Assembly: GCF_009914755.1 (NCBI RefSeq)
Contig: NC_060926.1
Source of the DNA: the human T2T-CHM13v2.0 reference genome, Homo sapiens
Reading direction: 5' to 3' (one strand)
Length of the DNA stretch: 64,000 nt
Position 1 is the stretch's first letter. The number at the start of each line of letters is the position of its first letter. A model generated the notes under the pieces. The model was not told the DNA's origin. It saw only the letters and a list, made by a program, of their open reading frames with translations, and ran no database searches. Of this stretch, positions 39,871 to 54,274 are shown one piece after another. The position numbers were made by a program, and so were the translations under genes.

Positions 39871-41672
39871 CTCTCTCTTTTGAAGAATTGTTTGCTATAA
39901 CATTGTTTCATTGGCCAGAACAAGTATGGAAGGGAAATAAAGGAAGCAGTCCCAGGATTTGTGCTGAGAGAGGCTGACATCTGTAAGGGGATCAGGCAGA
40001 AGATATAATATACAGGAACCCAGAAGTGTCCCATCATTTGGTCTGCAGGGCTTTGGAATATTGGGAAACAAAATCATCAGAATTTTCTGGGAGGTGGGTG
40101 GTTAGCCTGCAGAAATAGGGTGTCTTGTTCCAAACAGAGGCTTCAGAGCATCAGACAGACTGTGGAGTTAAAAGACGAGAAGCAAAGTGCAATTAGAACT
40201 GCCATACCAGGAAAACCTTTGCTTGAATGCAGGCTACAAAAGATGGATAGCGATGCATTGGTCTTTTCAGCTCCACTCTCAGGCAGGGATAACAACATGA
40301 CCGGCAGCAGCATTTTGAAACACAGACAGCCACCACCACTGATATTTATTTATAGAGAGAAAGTGCGCGAGGTGCACAGAAACACTTTGAACACTAAGCG
40401 CAGTGCAAATGGGCTCACTATTGATTCTTAGTGGAAACGTTCATGTCTGCCTCATGAACAAATATTACTCCTGAGACCATCTTTAACAAAATATTTAGTC
40501 TGACCTCTCCAGACTGCATTTACAAACTCATTTCTCTTTTCGTTATGTTTTAGTCCTTTTCACCGTGATGTAAGTAGGCTCTCCAGCAGTCCCAGAAGAC
40601 TTTCACAAGAAGAGTTTCAACAACAGAAAATAAGCCTAAGTGATTGTGTGGTAGGTTCCATCAAAAGGTATCGTGGAAATACTACAGAAGAAGAATGAGA
40701 AATTATAGGAAGTTAACATAAAGGGACACAAGGGCACATCAGGGTGTAACATCAGCTGGTGTGGCAGATCTTGGAATGCCAGGAAGCAAAGTTGTCAGAC
40801 AGTGTCTGTGGGGTTTTCCACCCCCATCGTGGCTCCATTTCCACACGTGTGTCATTAAGTCCATTGTGACTGGACACAGCCAAGTGTGGAGAACCACTTA
40901 GGAAACTTTAAGAATCCATTAGAACCATTAGATCTCTTCTGAGCTAGCCAGAATAATTAAATCTATGTCCAATTGGAGACTAGTGTAGCTGCCGATTTTA
41001 CTTACCTTTCAAAATAATCGAGAGGAAATTCTTATGTGAGATTCACTCACAGATGCCTCCTAATGCATCTTTAAAACATTCTACTCATCTCCAGTCAAAA
41101 ATGGCTTCTTATTTATGTTGCTGAAGGGCATTTTTCATAATGTACTGTGACTTTATTTTAGTAGTCTGTGAACTAAGGTTACCCATAGAATGGTTGGAAA
41201 TTAAGCAGTTTGTGACTATAAGTGATGTAAAAAAAATCAAACTGGATATTTATTTGATTGCTCAAAGTTCTGAGTGCATTATCTAGATAGCTTGTCCATT
41301 TTTGTCTGGGTTAATGTCAGAAGTTTTCAATTGCAAGTCCCTCCAGAGCAGGACTGATGCCATCTCCATCAGTTTAAGAGCCCCAGGTTCCTCATCCAAT
41401 AAGCATGTCTTGAGTGCCTATGATGAAACACAAGTTCTTGACCGGCACAGGGTGCTCTTGTCTGGAGATGGCAGTGAAGACATTTTTCTTCCTGCATAAA
41501 TATGTGCAGGAAATCAAAGCTTTTTTTCTTGCAAACTTACCTTTCCCCTCTCCTGATCCTGTAGAAAGACAGGGAAAATGAGGCCTTTTTTTGTTTATTA
41601 TTATTATTTTTTAATTTTGAGTATTCAATTCAAAGCTAAAGTTGAGGTACATATAAATGATAAATGGCTCTA

Positions 41673-42143
<471 letters not shown>

Positions 42144-42318
42144 TTAACCTTTTAATTCTCCCACCAACAGCTTAGAGGCACTTTTGGCCATCTAGCAGCC
42201 TGAAGCCTGCAAACCCCATAGTATTTGCAGTCTATTTAGGGATAGACAGGACAGAACCCAAGGGCATCTATCAGTCTTGGGAGCCTCATATGTTCACAGA
42301 TTTTCTCCATGGAAATGT

Positions 42319-42527
<209 letters not shown>

Positions 42528-42999
42528 GGAAATGTTCTTGGTTCACCTATATGGAATCTAAAGTATTCGCCTCTTGATACAAATTATTTATATTTATAGA
42601 AAATTTATTGTATTTCTATACCCTCTAATCACCTATTCTGGAAAATGTTTCCAAAAGTAGAGAATGAAGTGTAGGAAAAAGCCCAGGGGACTAGAGATAA
42701 GACGCTACTTCAAAACTTTAAGGCTGGAGCAAGTCACTTTTATAAGTCTCAGAATTCCCACCAGTTAAAGTGGGAGTAATAATGCCTTTCTTAGCTTTGC
42801 TTAATAGAAAAGAAGTACAAATCACTTAAAATTCCAAGGTACGTTGCAAGTGTATGGTTAGAAGAAAAAAAATAAAAACATTTATTAGGTTTCTTCTATA
42901 TGTAACAAGCCATGCTAAGGTCATACTATTGTATAAGGAGAGAGCCTTATCTAAATATTCCTTACTGTGATTTTTGTACATAAACAGATCACCACAACC

Positions 43000-44545
43000 A
43001 CAAGCAACAAGGCAGTATTGGTTTCACAGTTAAAACACTGGGTTTTAGGACGGGCAGACGTGGGTCCAAATTCTAGCTCTGCCATTTTGTGATCTTGTTA
43101 TTTAACCTCTCTATTTTCTCATTCATAAAACAAAGCTAATAATTTCTACTTCATGGTGTTTCAATAGAGATGAAATGAGACATGGTATGATATAGTATTG
43201 GGCACAACTTGAGGATAAAATGATTATTTAGGAACATGGGTACCCATCTACCACAAAAGGTAATTTCTCTTTGCTTTAAGTGAAATATTATGCCCTCACA
43301 AAAGCTGTAAATTCATGAGTTTTTTTTTTAATTTCATAATCATACCTTAATTTCACATGAGAGAAATCTAGTTTTAGCCAAGAACCTTTCCCACCTCAAG
43401 TCTTTTCGTGGAGAATTGAGGGTCTTCCTTCCCACTGTCTTCAAATTTGTGGCACCATCAGCCCATCAGCCTTTGTAGTAGCTACTAATTCTTAGACTCA
43501 TGGTCTGCCACAAGCTGTTGGCCAAAAGGAACCCATGGGTGTCTGATTGCTGTGCTGCTTCTGCCACATCAGGTAGGGCTGAGTCCAATCACATTGAGTC
43601 CTTGGGGATGTGCTTATCAGGGAGGTGTTAAGGTTTACCACAAAAGCACATGGACTTTGAGCTAGACCACCTGCATTCAAATCTCAGCTTTGCCCATCTT
43701 TCCCTGCATGACCTTGAACAAATTACCCTTTTAAACCTCCACTTTTTCATTTAATGAGTGGATAATAGTAATAACCAACATTTATATAAGCTCTTTCCCG
43801 GTGCCAGGTTCTGTGCCGGTGTTTTACATGCACTAACTGATTTAACTTTATAGCATCTTGTGAAGTAGGGATTTAGTATTTTCAGTTTTCAAAAAAAAAT
43901 TGTAGTAAAAAAATTTAAAATGAGATCTACCGCCTTAATACATTTTTAAGTGTACAACACGTTATTGTTAACAATAGGCACAACACTGGAGGGCAGGTCT
44001 CTAGAACTGATTCATTTTGCGTAACTAAAACTCTACACCCATTGAACAATAATTCCTCATTTCTCCCTCCCTGAAGGTTTGGCAACCACTGTTCTTCTCT
44101 CTGTTTCTAGTCTGAATGTGACTATTCTAGATACTTTATGTAAGTCAAATAATATAATGTTTCTCTTTCTATGACTAGTTTATTTCACTTAGGATAATGT
44201 CCTCAAGATTCATCCATGTTATCAGAAGTGGCAGGATTTCCTTCTTTTTTTTTTAAAAGCTGAATACTATTTTTATTGTATGTATATACCACACTTTAAA
44301 AAACCATTTATCCACCTATAGATGTTTAGGTTGTTTCTACATTTTGGCTTTGTAAATAATGCTGTAATGAAGTTGAGAATGTGGATATCTGTTCACGATC
44401 TTAAATTGAAATGAGGTGAGGATTATTTCTAACACCAATTTTACAGCTGAAAAAAAAAACAACCAGAAGCATAGAGAGGTTAAATATATTTTTGCAGGGC
44501 ACACAGCTAGCAATTGTTACAGCTGGGCTTCAGTCCCACTGACTA
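43000..44545. mobile_element. Cluster of MIRs; a minus-strand MIR is split by an old L1M 3' end (~43890-44405, minus)
   Basis: MIR cores at ~43000-43220 and ~43620-43780; L1M text acatttttaagtgtacaac, ttatttcacttaggataatgtcctcaagattcatccatgtt; MIR resumes at ccaattttacagctga. Confidence 0.72.
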
Positions 44546-46819
44546 GTGTGGAGATTGTGTTCTGGAAGTGATAACACTTCACCCTAGCATTGGACTCTTA
44601 ACAGTACCTGGCACCTGCAAATACAAAATAAATGTCAGCTAATTTTATTAGCAAGGAGGATGTGCCTCTGGCTTTAGTGCTTTTGCCCACCTACCTTGCA
44701 TTTTTTTAAAATTATATTTCTGAAGAGCTGAAACTCTTTGTTATGAGACTGAACTTAGGCTCGTTAAAGAGGTAAGTCTGTATTAATGTTAACTTAGAAA
44801 GTCAGTTCTAACCTCAGACTTCTATAAATTCTGGCAAAATTCTAGTGGGAAGTTTTCCCCCACTTTTCATTTTCTACACCTTCTCTCTCCTTCTAACTGG
44901 CATTTCATAAATGTATTTACTGACCCCCACACCTAAATTCAAATATTAAAAGCAAAGCCTTATTCTCTTGTACCAAAAATAAAACCAAAGCTACCATTCA
45001 CTCTTTCAAACTAGAATTCTAATCCTAGAGATGATGTATTAACTCTATCCAAACATGAACAAAACTGTCCTGACCCTCAGTATCCTCTCTGGAGAAGGTC
45101 AGAACGCAGTTGTGGCCACAAAAATCGCCACTGAGCCCCGATATAAATAGCAGTGAATTGGCCATGCAAAAACGGAGAGACTGAAGGGTCAATGAAGCTA
45201 ATTATAACTTGAGGGTCTTGCCCGATTGTGGGAGGGCAGGGTCAGAAGCCTTGCAAAGCTGACATTTTACTCCCAGATGAGTCTACTTTTGGGAAACTAT
45301 TTCTTTATGGATGTGTATACAGCCTAGGAATTAGAGGCGGATGCCAGAGGGAGCCTTGTAAGAGCTTACGGCTGTCCTGTAACCGGAAGTTAATCTGCCA
45401 TTCTCCTCTTATCCTCTGGTTCCTGGTTTGTGATTTTTCACTGCAGCAAGTATTCTGCTTCTTCCCCTTCACAGAAAATGTGGCTTTTCTTATCTGTAAG
45501 GTGTCTCAATTTAGTGGAAAACAGAATTGAGTCCACTGCCCACTCCCTGTTCCAGGACTGTTTTTTCTCAAAATAGGAAATATATAATGTGTAGGCTGGG
45601 TGGCTAGAATTAGGTTGAATCAGTACGAAACAGGGAGATTTGTTTGCTTCAGAAGAAAATCTCCCACTGCCTTGGCTGGCTGCAGAATCCAGGACAAATA
45701 TCAAGACTTGGAGCTATAGAAATCAAATCATCTTGAGTGGATTATTATAATGATGACCCTCTCCATGGATTCCTACATGCCCTTTTAACAAAGCCTTTTG
45801 TGGCCAAACTGGCATTTCTAGTTAAGATTTTGAAACCATTATATTTAATGCCTTCTCATTGATTAGGTCAAAAAAGAAAGAAATCGACTTTCCTATGGAG
45901 ATAGGCAAATCTTTTCTTTCTTTTTCTGTTTTTATAATGAACTGAAATATAAAGCCATCTTGTTCTCTAGATATCCAGAGGAAATTAATCACCTCAAAAT
46001 AGAGAAGGAGAAAGTTGGAAGTACAAAATGACATGTCTGAGTTTTTCTGTGGCTTCAAAATACCCACCTGGGTAAAGATACCACCAGATTTATTGTTAAC
46101 CAGCCTTGGGTTCTTATTTCTGATCTACCTATTGGGTAATAAAAGATTCAATTTATTTTGATTGTTTCAGAATATCACAGAGCAACAGAGAAAATGTAGA
46201 TCACTCCAGTTCTAGCACAAGGTCGGGGAGGAAAAAGAATCAGAGAGTTTGGAATTTCTAAATGCTCGTGTTTGAGAAATGGGGAGCATCACAAACTAAC
46301 AGCAGAGGTGGACATTTTTTACAGGGTAAAGGATTCCCATGGAACACCACTCGTCAAATGCAAATAAAAATTGTACAAAGAAGGTAACTTCTTTCTCTGT
46401 CCCCACATCTCTCCATCTGAAACTTCATTCTTCCATTAAAACAGAATTGTGCTTTGTGATGTATAAAGTCTCTTTCTTTCTCTTCAAGTTGAATGTTAAC
46501 GTTCTGCTTTGTGCCCTTAACTTAATGGATATTCTCAAAACTGGCAGCTTTTTCTTCATGCGGGAAGAAGAAATAATTCTGAATTAAGAACACCAAAATA
46601 GGTTAAGGATACATTATGTCAGAGGCTGTAGATTGTTAACAAGCAAAGGAAGCACAAAGCATGGAGTATAATACAATTAAGCGCACCCGGGTAAGATTGC
46701 CAGCCATTTCATCCCAATGACTTCACCTGTTGATGCCAGAGGTGACCCTTTCCAGTCTGTCTAACATTTTACAGAGCCCAGGTGGTTTTCTAATTGCTGA
46801 GTGATCTGCAATTAGCAAG

Positions 46820-47256
46820 TGTAGTAGATGCTGTGGTGCCCTGCCTGGATCCCTTACCCAGCCCATCACTCCCTTCTCCAATTGCTGTGAGTGTAGACTT
46901 CTAATGACCCACAGCTGCCCCCTATTTTTAGAGAATTGCGAATGGCAGCTGCATCTCCCAGGAGGTCATGCTCCTCGCCCCAACTAAGGGCAGCCAATGA
47001 CTGATGAATGTGGGACTACAAATGGCCCCCTTACATCGAAGGTGAGGGCCATAATTAATTTTGTGGTGTGATCCCCTGGATCAGGTCAAGACTGGCCTTT
47101 GTACGGGACCACATCCTTGCTGAGCTCTTTCCTCTCTCCTCTCCCGCTTTGCACCCCACTCTGCTGGCTTTCTCTGAAGAGCACGGCTTCACTAAACCTT
47201 ATGCACCAGAACTTCCGTCTGAGGCTCTGATTCCAGTGTGCCCAGAACTAAAAGAG
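46820..47256 (+). mobile_element. LTR16A-like ERVL solo LTR
   Basis: tgtagtagatgctgtggtgccctgcc...ggcagccaatgactga...cttccgtctgaggctctgattccag. Confidence 0.7.
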
Positions 47257-47355
47257 TGAGTTTGCTCATATATCTTTCTTAATGGATTCAATAACATAAT
47301 ATCATTGTTAACTAGAATTCTCTTGAAAAATGATAGACTATTCTCTCTGAATTGC

Positions 47356-47437
47356 TGAAGTCTTTTCTTCAATTAGAAAAGTTCTTTCAGTTCAGGTTGA
47401 AGTCTTTTCTTCAATAAGAAAAGTTCTTTCAGTTCAG
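47356..47437. repeat. Tandem duplication of a 40-bp unit
   Basis: tgaagtcttttcttcaatWagaaaagttctttcagttcag at 47356-47395 and 47398-47437, one mismatch. Confidence 0.95.
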
Positions 47438-49230
47438 CAGTGTTCTCTGTGTAGCCTTTATCCATCAGCTTACGTGGAAAAATCATGGTTGGCAAAGGAT
47501 CAAAGTCACAAAGGTTGAAAATTTGAACCCTATGACTGATTCCTACTTGCCTCTTTTTCATTTTTTTAGTTTGTCTAGTATTCAACTCTATTTACAGAAC
47601 TCCTCTTAAAAGCTTGGCTTTTCAAGTTAGAACAATGTTCTGCCACAATAGGAATAATTATGATGGCCTTAGTATATGGTAGTCATCTGGGTGACAAAAT
47701 AAAAGATTTTTGCTTGGAATCAAATAGTCCATTCAAGTCTGAAATGATATGTATTTTCTGGGCCCTCTGTAATTAGAAATGTGATTGTATAAATGTCTGA
47801 AAATCTGTTCTGGTTTTAAAGAAATTGGCCTACAGCCTGTTCTAATCCGGACACAAAATTCACAGAATTTGAAGGTCTCCTTGTATCACTACCAGCTAGT
47901 GGTATGAGGGTGGGCTGATTCAGCAATTGGAAGAACGGTGATTCCAGCTGACAGGTGCAGTCCTCCAGGAAATGCCAGGTTGACCCTGCTGCTTAGAAAA
48001 GCAGAACAGAGAGGTGATGGCAAAGGATACAGGGAACGGAAATATTTGAAAGGCATTATTATTTATGTTGGGTGGGGCAAGGATACATGATTGCACAGTG
48101 GAAGAGTTGGAATCCTTCACCCACTTCACAATTGTGCTTTGTATCAAACATAATGTCCAAACATATTGACTGATGCACTGAATTGGATGTTACTGATTCT
48201 CAATACTATATTTTGCTCTAAACAAATTGGCTTTTTGTTTCTACCATGTTATTGCTTATTTATAATCAATATCTTCTATCCTAAAACATTCCTAAAGCAA
48301 GCAGGTTCTTGCTGTTTTCTATTTAGATATTTGATGTTCATTTGGGTCCAATGTCTCATGTTTACAAGTGATTTTTGCTGGATTTGTAGGATGTAAAGTT
48401 TTTGCCATTTGATCTGTGACTGGGATGCATCCATTAGAAGGTCAGTGCTGAAAAGCCAGGAAATTGCTTTTAATTTTATGTAATTTACGGTTTATTTGTA
48501 AAATTCACAGAATTTCACATCCTAAGATTATTTTCCTGGGATTCTGTTTCAAAAAGGCCACTGGATCTTAAGGAAAGATGAACTCATTCTGTTATTGTTG
48601 TTGAATTTCCAAACAAAAAGGCTTAAGGCTTGGAATTTGCCATTTATTACTGAGAAAGTAGAGGTAACTATTCTAGTTGCTAATGTCCTTTTTCAATAAA
48701 TATCCTTTCCCTGCCTGCCACAGGATTGTCATCCCACTTTAAAGGGTTAGATCACAGAAGAGGCGTCTCTCAAAGTTAGGTACTTCCTATCCCTCTTTGA
48801 TAGGAGGAAAGCAATACTTGGTGAGTTAAAAGAAAAATACATCAGAAAATCTGAATTGTTCTATTCTCTTTCCTATGACCATAATGCATTTTATAACTGT
48901 CTTTATCGAAATGGAAACATATGTCAAATTTTTAAAAACAAGAATGGTGGCACTGACAGTATGCTTTTCTTTAAGCTTGCTTACCAAGCAGCAACTGGAA
49001 ATACAAAAATTAACTACAGATTTTATATTTCAATATACTATGTTATTGGAATGTTTTGTTCTCTAACATGTATTTGTAAGATTTATTGAAAAGAAATTCA
49101 ATGATATTTGAAATTTTAAAATCCTGTGGGAGTTAAAATTTTGACCTTGATTAGCTTAGGCATCTCTAGTAGTAGTTTCTACAATTAGAATCTGGCAAGG
49201 AGAAAAAAAATCAGTGGATAAGAGGAAGGA

Positions 49231-49550
<320 letters not shown>

Positions 49551-50389
49551 TTATAAATTGGCTATGTCACCGCTTTAAGTTGGTTTAATATGTTGGTTTA
49601 AAATTCAGTCTTCTTCTCTAATTATTTCTTGCCTCCCTCTAGAAATAAGCCAAGATTCCTTGAACTAGAACTGAAACTAGAAGTTCATTATTAGCCTCTC
49701 TTAGTTGTTTGGCTAGTAATTGCATGATTAGACTAATACTTTAAGTCGTCAAGGAAGATTAATCACTTGTGAATAAGTAATTATTTTTGTAGATACGACT
49801 GTGGGAAAAACAGACCATTGGTAAAACGGAATCCTTAAAATATAGTTAATCCTTAATTATCCATGTTCATAAAAAAGGAAAAGATCCAAGAGATATTTCA
49901 GCAATAACCTGTATATGTTATTAACATGCATTTATATGTTTTTAGAGCAGGTTTTCTTCTATAATTAAAATATTTAAGGCTAACCTGAAAATTACTTTAC
50001 ATTCTCTGAGTTTTTACCAATTAATGACAGTGATGTCATCCAAAAATACTCTGGGTGTTGAAGGTCAGTCTAGAAAGAACTCTTTTACTGCAGTTGATTG
50101 ACTAAGTAAGTAAGCAAGCCTCATCTGAACACTTGAGAACCCTCTTCAAGCAGGAAAAAATGCAACAGACCAACAGCTACCAAAAAAAAAAAAAAAAAAA
50201 GGTGCAAAAGTCCCGTCTGTGTCAGAGGGTCTTTGTATCACAGAGTGGTAATTATTTCGTTGCATATGTAAAATATTTGTTGCATTAAATCATGAAGATT
50301 CCAAAACCATGTAATATGAAATCTATATTGAGAAAAGATGAAACTGTATGTTGGAAGGTTAGCTGCTTCCTTTCCCCAAGAGTTTTCCT

Positions 50390-52183
50390 CAGGGTCATCC
50401 CAAAAATGTGCAGGGCCTCAGGTAAATAGTTTTTGTGGGTCCTCTGTCTGTATAAACAATTTGATTTAAAAAGTGTTACAAAGTTTATTCTTCAGAAAAT
50501 GGGTAAAGTGGAGCTACTTACACATTCGTTTATTGTCCAATCATTGCTTGTAATGATTCCTTATATCAGCCAGTAGATTGGCATTGTATCTTCTGGTTCT
50601 TTATTGTCAAATGTGTGGTTCCTGGCTAATTTCATATCTTCCACCATGTGAGAAACAGGTAGCAATGCTGTTATTATTCACAATGCAACGGCTCTTTAGA
50701 TTCTGTTTGTGCTGAAACAGTATAGACCTCTGCCTCTGCAGTTCTCTAATACCATTTATTTAATGCTGGTTGCATCATTACTCATGAGGCTGCATCATTC
50801 ATATTGTCACCCATGACTACTGGTTTCTCATGACTGTCTCAAAGGCTGTTACTACGCTTTGTTGATGATGACCACAAATGCAAATCTTATCCAGCATATG
50901 CAGAAAAATGTGAATGATACATTGTTTTCTGGTCATGTAAAATTTACTGTATAGAATTTTACAGCATGTAAACTTAGAATACTGTATTTTCCAGTATGTC
51001 TTCTGCTGAATGCTTTAGGCAGTGGCCACTGTATTCCTACAATGTGATCTCTTTTAGTGCTGGCTGTATGTTTGCCTTCCACCACTTCTACCAGTGGGGA
51101 AAATAAGTGAGGGACCTACAGAGGATAAGAAGAGTGGTCCCATTTGCACAAGAAATGTCCATCCCTTGTCTAGCATGGCTCAAGACCAGCCTGGCACATT
51201 ACAACATCAACACATGATGTAAGGCAAGAGAGAAAATGGATCTGAAGAGTCACGGGGTAAAGGAGAGCAAAGATCTTGAAAGCTCTTTGTGCAGATGGGC
51301 AAGGCCACCCCAAAGCCTGACCCATGGTGTAGAGCCTGTGGAGGAAGTAGAATGACAGCTCTAGGTAGAGGATACCTTGTGCCATCCTGGTTCCTTCATA
51401 CACTGGAGGTGGCACCGCAGTCTAAAGAGCTATTATGCCAGCTCACGTGTGTGGCTTAAGCCCAGAAATCGGCAGAGTCCTGAATTGTTCTGTGTCCCTC
51501 CAAAGTCAGGGTCACTGTCACCCTAAGACAGCATGTCAGCACCATTCCAGAGGCCCAATTTTATCCAATCTTTCACGGTCTCATATAAAAACTATTCTCC
51601 TGGGCAGCAGTGCTTTCCTCCTAGAGGTTCTTTGGGGAATTTGGTTTACCTCATGCATGAGGCAGATAATAATTTAATTTTTTTTTTTAAGTGACAGGGT
51701 CTTGCTCTGTCACCCAGGCTGGAATGCAGTGGCACAAACATAGCTCACTATAATCTCGAACTCTTGGGCTTAAACAATCGTCCTGACTCAGCCCTGAGAA
51801 GCTAGGACTATAGGCACATGCCACCATACCCAGCTAATTTTTTAATTTTTTGTAGAGATGGGACCTTGCTATGTTTTCCAGTCTGGTCTCAAACTCCTGG
51901 CCTCAAGTGATCCTCCTGCTTTAGTCTCCCAAAGTGCTGGGATTATAGGCATGAACTACCACGGCTGGCCCAGGTAGAGGCTTAGTGAGTGCTCTGTAGA
52001 GGAGAAATGGAGACATAGGTCCTGATCTAGTCTGAGACTTCCCGACCAAATAGCAGAGGGGCTGGTGCCAGGCACCAGATGGGGACTTAGAACATTTCTT
52101 GGAAGGTGCTTTAAGGCAGGGTGCTCCCTGAGGTGCAGGCCCAGGTCAGGTTTCCTGCTTACCTGGATCAAAGGATGGTACTG
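50390..52183. mobile_element. Putative old hAT (Tip100-like) DNA transposon carrying an AluJ
   Basis: Imperfect TIRs cagggtcatcc / ggatggtactg; flanking 8-mers gttttcct / gatctcct match 6 of 8; GC-rich subterminal text. Confidence 0.45.
51677..51970 (-). mobile_element. AluJ
   Basis: gacagggtcttgctctgtcacccaggctgg...atagctcact...ctcctggcctcaagtgatcctcctg...cggctggcc. Confidence 0.92.
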
Positions 52184-53622
52184 GATCTCCTCTCAGCTTC
52201 TTTGTTTTGCTTCATCACTAACAATTGCCTCATACAATCTTGAGGTTTGTTCTTAAATTGCTGCCTAGTTACTACTAAGTGCCCTCCTTGATGTCCCGGT
52301 AGGTAATCTGCAGAGATGTGCTTTTAGGGTCTCTCTGCAGCAGAGGTGAGGAAGTTTAAGATTCTGAGAGCAAATTACCACATTCTTCAAGAATTAACAT
52401 AAATTCATATGCATTAGCATTATATGTAATAGTTCATCTCCATTTCAGAACAGTGGACTGATCTCTGAAGAGAAACTTTCAGCTCATGGACTCTTCACAC
52501 AGAGAAACAGCTCACGAAAATGGGGCCATTATTATTGCTTACTGTGTTTCCATTTAAATTGATGAAAGCAGAGCAACTTGTCACTTCAGTAGAAAAAAGT
52601 AGAATATATGAGTTTTGTGGAAGCTTCAGGAGTCACAAGTTATGACTAGCAATGTAAATCTATTTTTTAGTATCTAGTCCCATTCAAAGAACAATGAAAG
52701 GTAGTGGAAGTCTCTTTGTCTTTTTGTGCTTAGAAGAAATAGATATGAAAAATTGGTATTCTAAAGTCATAGATCAAACATTGTAGTTTAAGAATTTTAG
52801 AATGACAATAATTAGAAAGAAATACATCTTTTATGGAAAAAGTAATACTTTTTATTTCTTTGGTGTTGCTGGGGAGAAAAGATGTGGTAATGTTCAGAGG
52901 GTAGAACTTTCTTCCTGCTCTGAAGCATAGATGAACTCCAGACTTCAGTTTTAACTTTAATCTAATCCCTTCTGCTTTTCTGTTTTCTTTTTCTTATGCT
53001 TTATCTTCTTTTTTATGGTGCCATTTCTTCACAGGTAAGGACATACTGTTAAAAGCCTTTTGTGTGTAAAGGGATCACTTCCTTCAGAAGTTGTTATTTA
53101 AATTTGCCTTAGCGGAAAATTAGTTGACTCTATTCCAAAATAGAGACTCTTGTAGGACTCGTCTGTTCTAAGAGAAGAAGGTGTTTCAGGTAGAACAATG
53201 GGTCTGATGCAAACTCTGTCCATAAATTAAAAAAGGAAATAATAAATAATTTGTCTCCGTTTTAGGGATGATTCATTGCTGATCTCTTTGCTTATTCTTA
53301 TGTAACTATTAAAGAAATAAAAAGCTACTCTTAATGTGTAATGAATAATGCTGATCCACATTTGTCACTAAGGAAGGAGCTCCAAGCAAGATTAAAAGAG
53401 AAAAGCAATTTGATTCCTTTTATTTAAATTCAAAGAGGAGATACAGAGACACATTTGCATTTTATATATATATATATTTTTTCCTGGAAAGATGTGTAAG
53501 AAAACTGTTGACCATGATTATCACTGTGGTGTGGGGTTGGGAGAAGTAGGATAGGAGTAGCTTGTTTATATCCTGTTTAATACCTTTTTGCAGTATTTCA
53601 ATTTCCTTACTATGTTTCTTTA

Positions 53623-54272
53623 TGTGGTAGGCAAAATTCTCAAATGGCTCCCAGATTTCCTACCTCCTCAGTGGACATGCCCTGTGTAATCCCCAGGTCT
53701 GTGACTATGATGGGTTTTACTCTTGTGATTTAATGATGTTGTGTGGCACCATTTACTTTAAGAGGGATGATCCAAGTGGGCCTGACCCAATCACAGGAGC
53801 CCTTTAATAGCAGAGAGTTTTCTCTAGCTGGTGGAAGCAGATGATGAGGAAGTCAGACATTTAAAGCATGAGATGGACTGGACTTGCCATTGCTGGCTTG
53901 AAGATGGAGGGCACTACACGGTGGGGAATATGGGCAGTCTCTAGGAGTTGAGAGCAGTCTCTAGCAGACAGCCAGCGAGGGAATGGCGACCCATTCCTAT
54001 TACTGCTGGGAACTGAATTCTGCCAACAAGAATGAGCTTGGAAGTGAATTTTCCCAGATCCTCCAGACAAGAACTCAGTCCAACTGACACCTTGATTTCA
54101 GCCTTTAGCTACTCTGAGCAGAGAACTCAGACTGGGAAATTTATTATTTTCCAGTTATTTCTTATTTCCCACACTGGATTTCTGACCTGCCAAACTGTGG
54201 GCTAAAAAATGAGTGCTGTTTAATGTCACTACATTTGTGGTAATTTGTTACACAACAATAGAAAACTACTAT
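53623..54272 (+). mobile_element. MLT1E-like solo LTR
   Basis: tgtggtaggcaaaattctcaaatggctccc...ggtaatttgttacacaacaatagaaaactac. Confidence 0.85.
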
Positions 54273-54274
54273 TA

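Noticed and set aside
39234-40431. Non-repeat ORFs of 60-103 aa
   Set aside because: Mostly non-ATG starts, no recognisable domains, lengths expected by chance in 64 kb.
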